A stretch of 64,000 nucleotides of DNA. Origin: Gammaproteobacteria bacterium. GTDB lineage: Bacteria > Pseudomonadota > Gammaproteobacteria > S012-40. The notes under the pieces were generated by a model. That model did no database searches. It saw only the letters and a program-made list of their open reading frames with translations, and had not been told where the DNA came from. Position 1 is the first letter of the stretch. Each line of letters begins with the position of its first letter. The position numbers and the translations under genes were made by a program. Below are positions 61,069 to 64,000 of the stretch, in pieces. The stretch covers positions 16,872 to 80,871 of the forward strand of contig JALUUH010000130.1 of assembly GCA_027021445.1 (NCBI GenBank), given 5' to 3'.

Positions 61069-61086
61069 TTATCTGGCGCCAGATAA
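61069..61086. promoter_or_regulatory. perfect 18-bp palindrome TTATCTGGCGCCAGATAA (candidate operator)
   Basis: Self-complementary over all 18 nt. Lies in the divergent region between the methyltransferase and the hybrid kinase. Confidence 0.3.
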
Positions 61087-61296
61087 GATAAGTCAGTACT
61101 CCATCAAAACTAGTTTATATGTGGTTTTATTTGATCTGTTACTTAAAAAAAAACAAAATAAGCTATTGAGTAATCGATAAAATAAACCGACATACTTCGT
61201 ATTAGCTAAGAAGTACTAAAGTCACTAGTTGATAAAATACGATGATTCCAACTTAACCCATTAACATGGATCAAGTTCAAAAACTCAGGATATTGC

Positions 61297-63117
61297 ATGT
61301 CTACATTTGATTATAAGCCTACACCAGAAGAAATTAAGTTTACCTATGAGCAAGGGCTAGAACAAATTACAGCATTAATTGACGGTCTTTGTGCGCGTTG
61401 TGAAGCACTCGATCTTTTACTCACCGAGAACAATGTTGATACGAGCAAGTTAGATATTCAAAAAACAAAGGATGTTTCTTCTCTTAAAACAGATAAAGAT
61501 CATCAGTTCTTAGATGGCGTACTGGACAGTATTACAGATGCCATCGTTGCATGTGATGAATTTGGTGCATTAACCTTGTTTAATCGGGCAACTCTGGAAA
61601 TAAGTGGTTTACCAGCGATACCTATTCCACCAGAAGAATGGGCAAATTATTATGATTTATATCATTCTGATGGAAAAACTGTCATGCAATTGGAGGAAAT
61701 ACCACTTTACCGAGCGTTAATAGAGGGGCAGGTCACTAATCTAGAAATGGTTTTAGTACCCAAGGAATTACCTACGCGGTGGTTACTCGTCAGTGGGCGT
61801 GCTATTTACAGTAAAGAAGGGAAAAAAATTGGCGCAGTTGTCTCAATGCATGATGTAACTGAACGTAAACTTGCAGAAAATGCACTGGTGGAACACCTGA
61901 ATAATTTAGAAAAAACTGTTTCCGCACGCACCGATGATCTTAAAATAGCGCATGATAAAGCATTAGAAGCAAATTTGGCAAAAACTAAATTCTTATCTAA
62001 TATGAGCCATGAAATACGTACTCCTTTAAATGGAATTGTAGGATTTGTTGAGCTACTTGCAATGACGAAGCTCGAAACCCAGCAGCGTGAATATATTGAA
62101 ATTATCAGTCATTCTGTGACCTCTTTACTGAATATTGTTAACGATATTCTCGATATAACAAAAATTGAGTCAGGTCACTATTCCATCCGAGAGTCTTCAT
62201 TTTCGTTACCAGAAACCGTCACCGAACTACAAAAACTGCTGGCTTTAAAAGCCACTAAAAAAGGCATAGGGCTGCACCTAGCTATGGATCATCAGATTCC
62301 CAATAGACTCCTTGGGGATGTGACAAAAATCAGACAAGTATTGCTTAATTTACTGGATAATGCGATAAAATTTTCTGACCAAGGTGATGTTTATCTATCG
62401 GTTGATATAGAAAAAACCAGTCCGCACTCAGTGGATCTACGGTTTGGCGTGCGGGACACGGGCATAGGGATTAGCAAAGAAAACCAACAAATGGTTTTTG
62501 GTGCGTTTGCCCAATTGGGAGAATCCGAAGATGTAAACTTCCAAGGAACGGGACTAGGTCTCGCTATCTCTAAACAACTTGTTGAGGCCCTAGGAGGTGA
62601 GTTGAAACTGGAAAGTGCTCCGCAACAAGGATCTACTTTTTATTTTACCTTGACTGTAAAAATCGACAAAAAAGCCGTTAAATTAACTGCGGTGGAAACA
62701 AGCAATATTCCCAATAAAACCATCGATAATACGAGAGTTCTTATTGTTGATGATGATGCAACAAATCGTAAATATGTATCCTATTTGCTCGATGATTTAG
62801 GTATTGATTCAGTCGAAGCCAAAGACGGGATAGAAGCTGTAGAATTAGCCACATCGCAAAAACTAGATTTCATCTTTATGGATATAAGAATGCCTAAAAT
62901 GGATGGTATTGAAGCAACTAAAAATATACGCAAAAAAGAAAAACCTGGCCAGCATATCCCAATTGTTGCATTAACCGCACATGCATTGGACGAAGAAAGA
63001 AAAGTAATATTGTCATCCGGAATCGATGAGTGCATGCTTAAACCTATACTCCCTGATGTATTGATAGCAACCCTCAATCGTTGGCTGAAAGAAGCGCTTA
63101 ACAACAAAAGTGCTTAG
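61297..63117 (+). CDS. cytoplasmic hybrid sensor histidine kinase (PAS-HisKA-HATPase-REC)
   Basis: No TM. PAS region, H-box SHEIRTPLNGI, N-box LLDNAIKFS, G-boxes DTGIGI and GTGLGLAISKQL, receiver VLIVDDD...FMDIRMPKMDG. Confidence 0.93.
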   Translation: MSTFDYKPTPEEIKFTYEQGLEQITALIDGLCARCEALDLLLTENNVDTSKLDIQKTKDVSSLKTDKDHQFLDGVLDSITDAIVACDEFGALTLFNRATLEISGLPAIPIPPEEWANYYDLYHSDGKTVMQLEEIPLYRALIEGQVTNLEMVLVPKELPTRWLLVSGRAIYSKEGKKIGAVVSMHDVTERKLAENALVEHLNNLEKTVSARTDDLKIAHDKALEANLAKTKFLSNMSHEIRTPLNGIVGFVELLAMTKLETQQREYIEIISHSVTSLLNIVNDILDITKIESGHYSIRESSFSLPETVTELQKLLALKATKKGIGLHLAMDHQIPNRLLGDVTKIRQVLLNLLDNAIKFSDQGDVYLSVDIEKTSPHSVDLRFGVRDTGIGISKENQQMVFGAFAQLGESEDVNFQGTGLGLAISKQLVEALGGELKLESAPQQGSTFYFTLTVKIDKKAVKLTAVETSNIPNKTIDNTRVLIVDDDATNRKYVSYLLDDLGIDSVEAKDGIEAVELATSQKLDFIFMDIRMPKMDGIEATKNIRKKEKPGQHIPIVALTAHALDEERKVILSSGIDECMLKPILPDVLIATLNRWLKEALNNKSA

Positions 63118-63315
63118 AAATGCTTTATTCTGATTATTCCCAATTTTTCGTTGACCCAATATACATAGACTGTCAGACTAGCTCGCATGAGAAACAAAGT
63201 ATCTATAAGCGTTATTTATTTTAAAAAAGCGGTGCTGGTGTGCTGGCGTCATCGCATATCCGTGTGCCTTGGAGTTTAATTTGAAATAATTTATAGATAA
63301 CAAATAAAAATTGAC

Positions 63316-63352
63316 AAAAAGGCCACGAATTCAAAAGATTCGTGGCCTTTTT
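63316..63352. terminator. bidirectional rho-independent terminator
   Basis: AAAAA-GGCCACGAAT-TCAAAAG-ATTCGTGGCC-TTTTT with a perfect 10-bp stem. Ends 8 nt before the SD of the downstream transporter gene. Confidence 0.8.
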
Positions 63353-63374
63353 GTGTTTTAGGAGGAGTATTACC

Positions 63375-64000
63375 GTGTCAGTGCCAATGGCATATTTAAG
63401 TGTGATTTTAATCTGGTCAACCACTCCGCTCGCCATTAAATGGAGCGGTGAAGGAGTCGGTTTTTTGTTGGGAATATCACTGAGGATGATAATTGCGCTC
63501 GCCATCTGTTTGATCATCGTTGTGTTATTGAAAAAAAAACTGCGCTGGGATCGTAGCAGTTGCTCTGTTTATCTCGCCGTCGGTATTCCATTGTATGCCG
63601 CGATGATGTGTGTATATTGGGGAGCACAATATATCAGTTCGGGTTTAATCTCGGTGGTATTTGGTTTGACACCGCTTATGACGGGTTTATTGGCTTATGC
63701 ATTTTTAAATGAGAAAGCATTTAGTGTCAATAAGCTGCTCGGTCTAGTGCTTGGCTTAACTGGCCTGGGGTTTATTTTTAAGCAAAGTTTGGTATTAGAG
63801 GATCAGGCATTTTTAGGAATTATGGGTGTTTTAGGCGCTGTATTTTTTCACTCTATTGGTACGGTCTGGGTAAAAAAAGTAGGCTTTCAAATGCCTGTGT
63901 TTTTAGCTACAACGGGGGGAATAATTGTCGCTGTATTTTGTTATTTAGTAACTTGGTTTCTTTTTGATCGAAGTATACCAAATATAATGCCTGATCATGC
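63375..64000 (+). CDS. DMT-superfamily (EamA-like) transporter, 3' end beyond window
   Basis: Open frame to the window edge, so absent from the ORF track. VSVPMAYLSVILIWSTTPLAIKW... with successive TM helices. GTG 63375 lies 9 nt after AGGAGG (63360-63365). Confidence 0.75.
   Translation, partial: MSVPMAYLSVILIWSTTPLAIKWSGEGVGFLLGISLRMIIALAICLIIVVLLKKKLRWDRSSCSVYLAVGIPLYAAMMCVYWGAQYISSGLISVVFGLTPLMTGLLAYAFLNEKAFSVNKLLGLVLGLTGLGFIFKQSLVLEDQAFLGIMGVLGAVFFHSIGTVWVKKVGFQMPVFLATTGGIIVAVFCYLVTWFLFDRSIPNIMPDH

Noticed and set aside
63187-63279. 30-codon ORF (MRNKVSISVIYFKKAVLVCWRHRISVCLGV) in the leader upstream of the DMT transporter; also the 98-aa minus-strand ORF 63221..63517
   Set aside because: The short ORF has no SD. 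The minus-strand ORF is antisense to the well-supported transporter gene and crosses the terminator hairpin.

Overview
This is a 64-kb chromosomal window from an AT-rich gammaproteobacterium (roughly 40% G+C by eye, not computed). The order cannot be assigned from this window. Synteny blocks smc-zipA-ligA and LysR-leuC-leuD-leuB-asd-fimV, plus a Pseudomonas-like DksA core, support the class. Most of the window is housekeeping: aminotransferase-hom-thrC, dksA, cysZ, queF, smc-zipA-ligA, yciB-yciI-bolA-PPIase, one initiator tRNA-fMet, ppiA-lpxH, mrcB, leuCDB-asd-fimV. The accessory or poorly understood parts are as follows. (1) A soluble chemoreceptor carries a near-identical 366-bp tandem PAS duplication. 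(2) A compact lysine-catabolism cluster contains a DUF1338/HglS-like gene, a saccharopine-dehydrogenase-family gene and an ALDH7/AmaB gene. (3) A ComFB / CBS / NsrR-USP-TrpD2(YbiB-like) neighbourhood. (4) A six-gene envelope module at 33.4-42.7 kb has Wza-like, Wzc-like, a large ExeA-type ATPase chimera, TM-TPR-CBM, FecR-like and Wzy_C/O-antigen-ligase-like genes, but no glycosyltransferase, flippase or exosortase. This is my best candidate for an undescribed system. (5) The prkA-yeaH-spoVR starvation operon lies divergent from an HPF-cold-shock-domain fusion and an orphan fliA. (6) A methyltransferase / hybrid histidine kinase / DMT transporter region. At the DNA level there is a dispersed family of REP-like palindromes (CTAGGAG-[G/T]CTGTTCTC...CAG[C/G]CTCC), whose clear copies all lie in intergenic DNA or at gene 3' ends. 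Two copies supply the stop codon of the upstream gene. A 9-bp tandem repeat abuts the RBS of the ExeA-like gene. I saw no CRISPR array, rRNA, transposase, integrase or phage genes. All domain calls rest on motif recognition by eye, not on HMM or BLAST searches.
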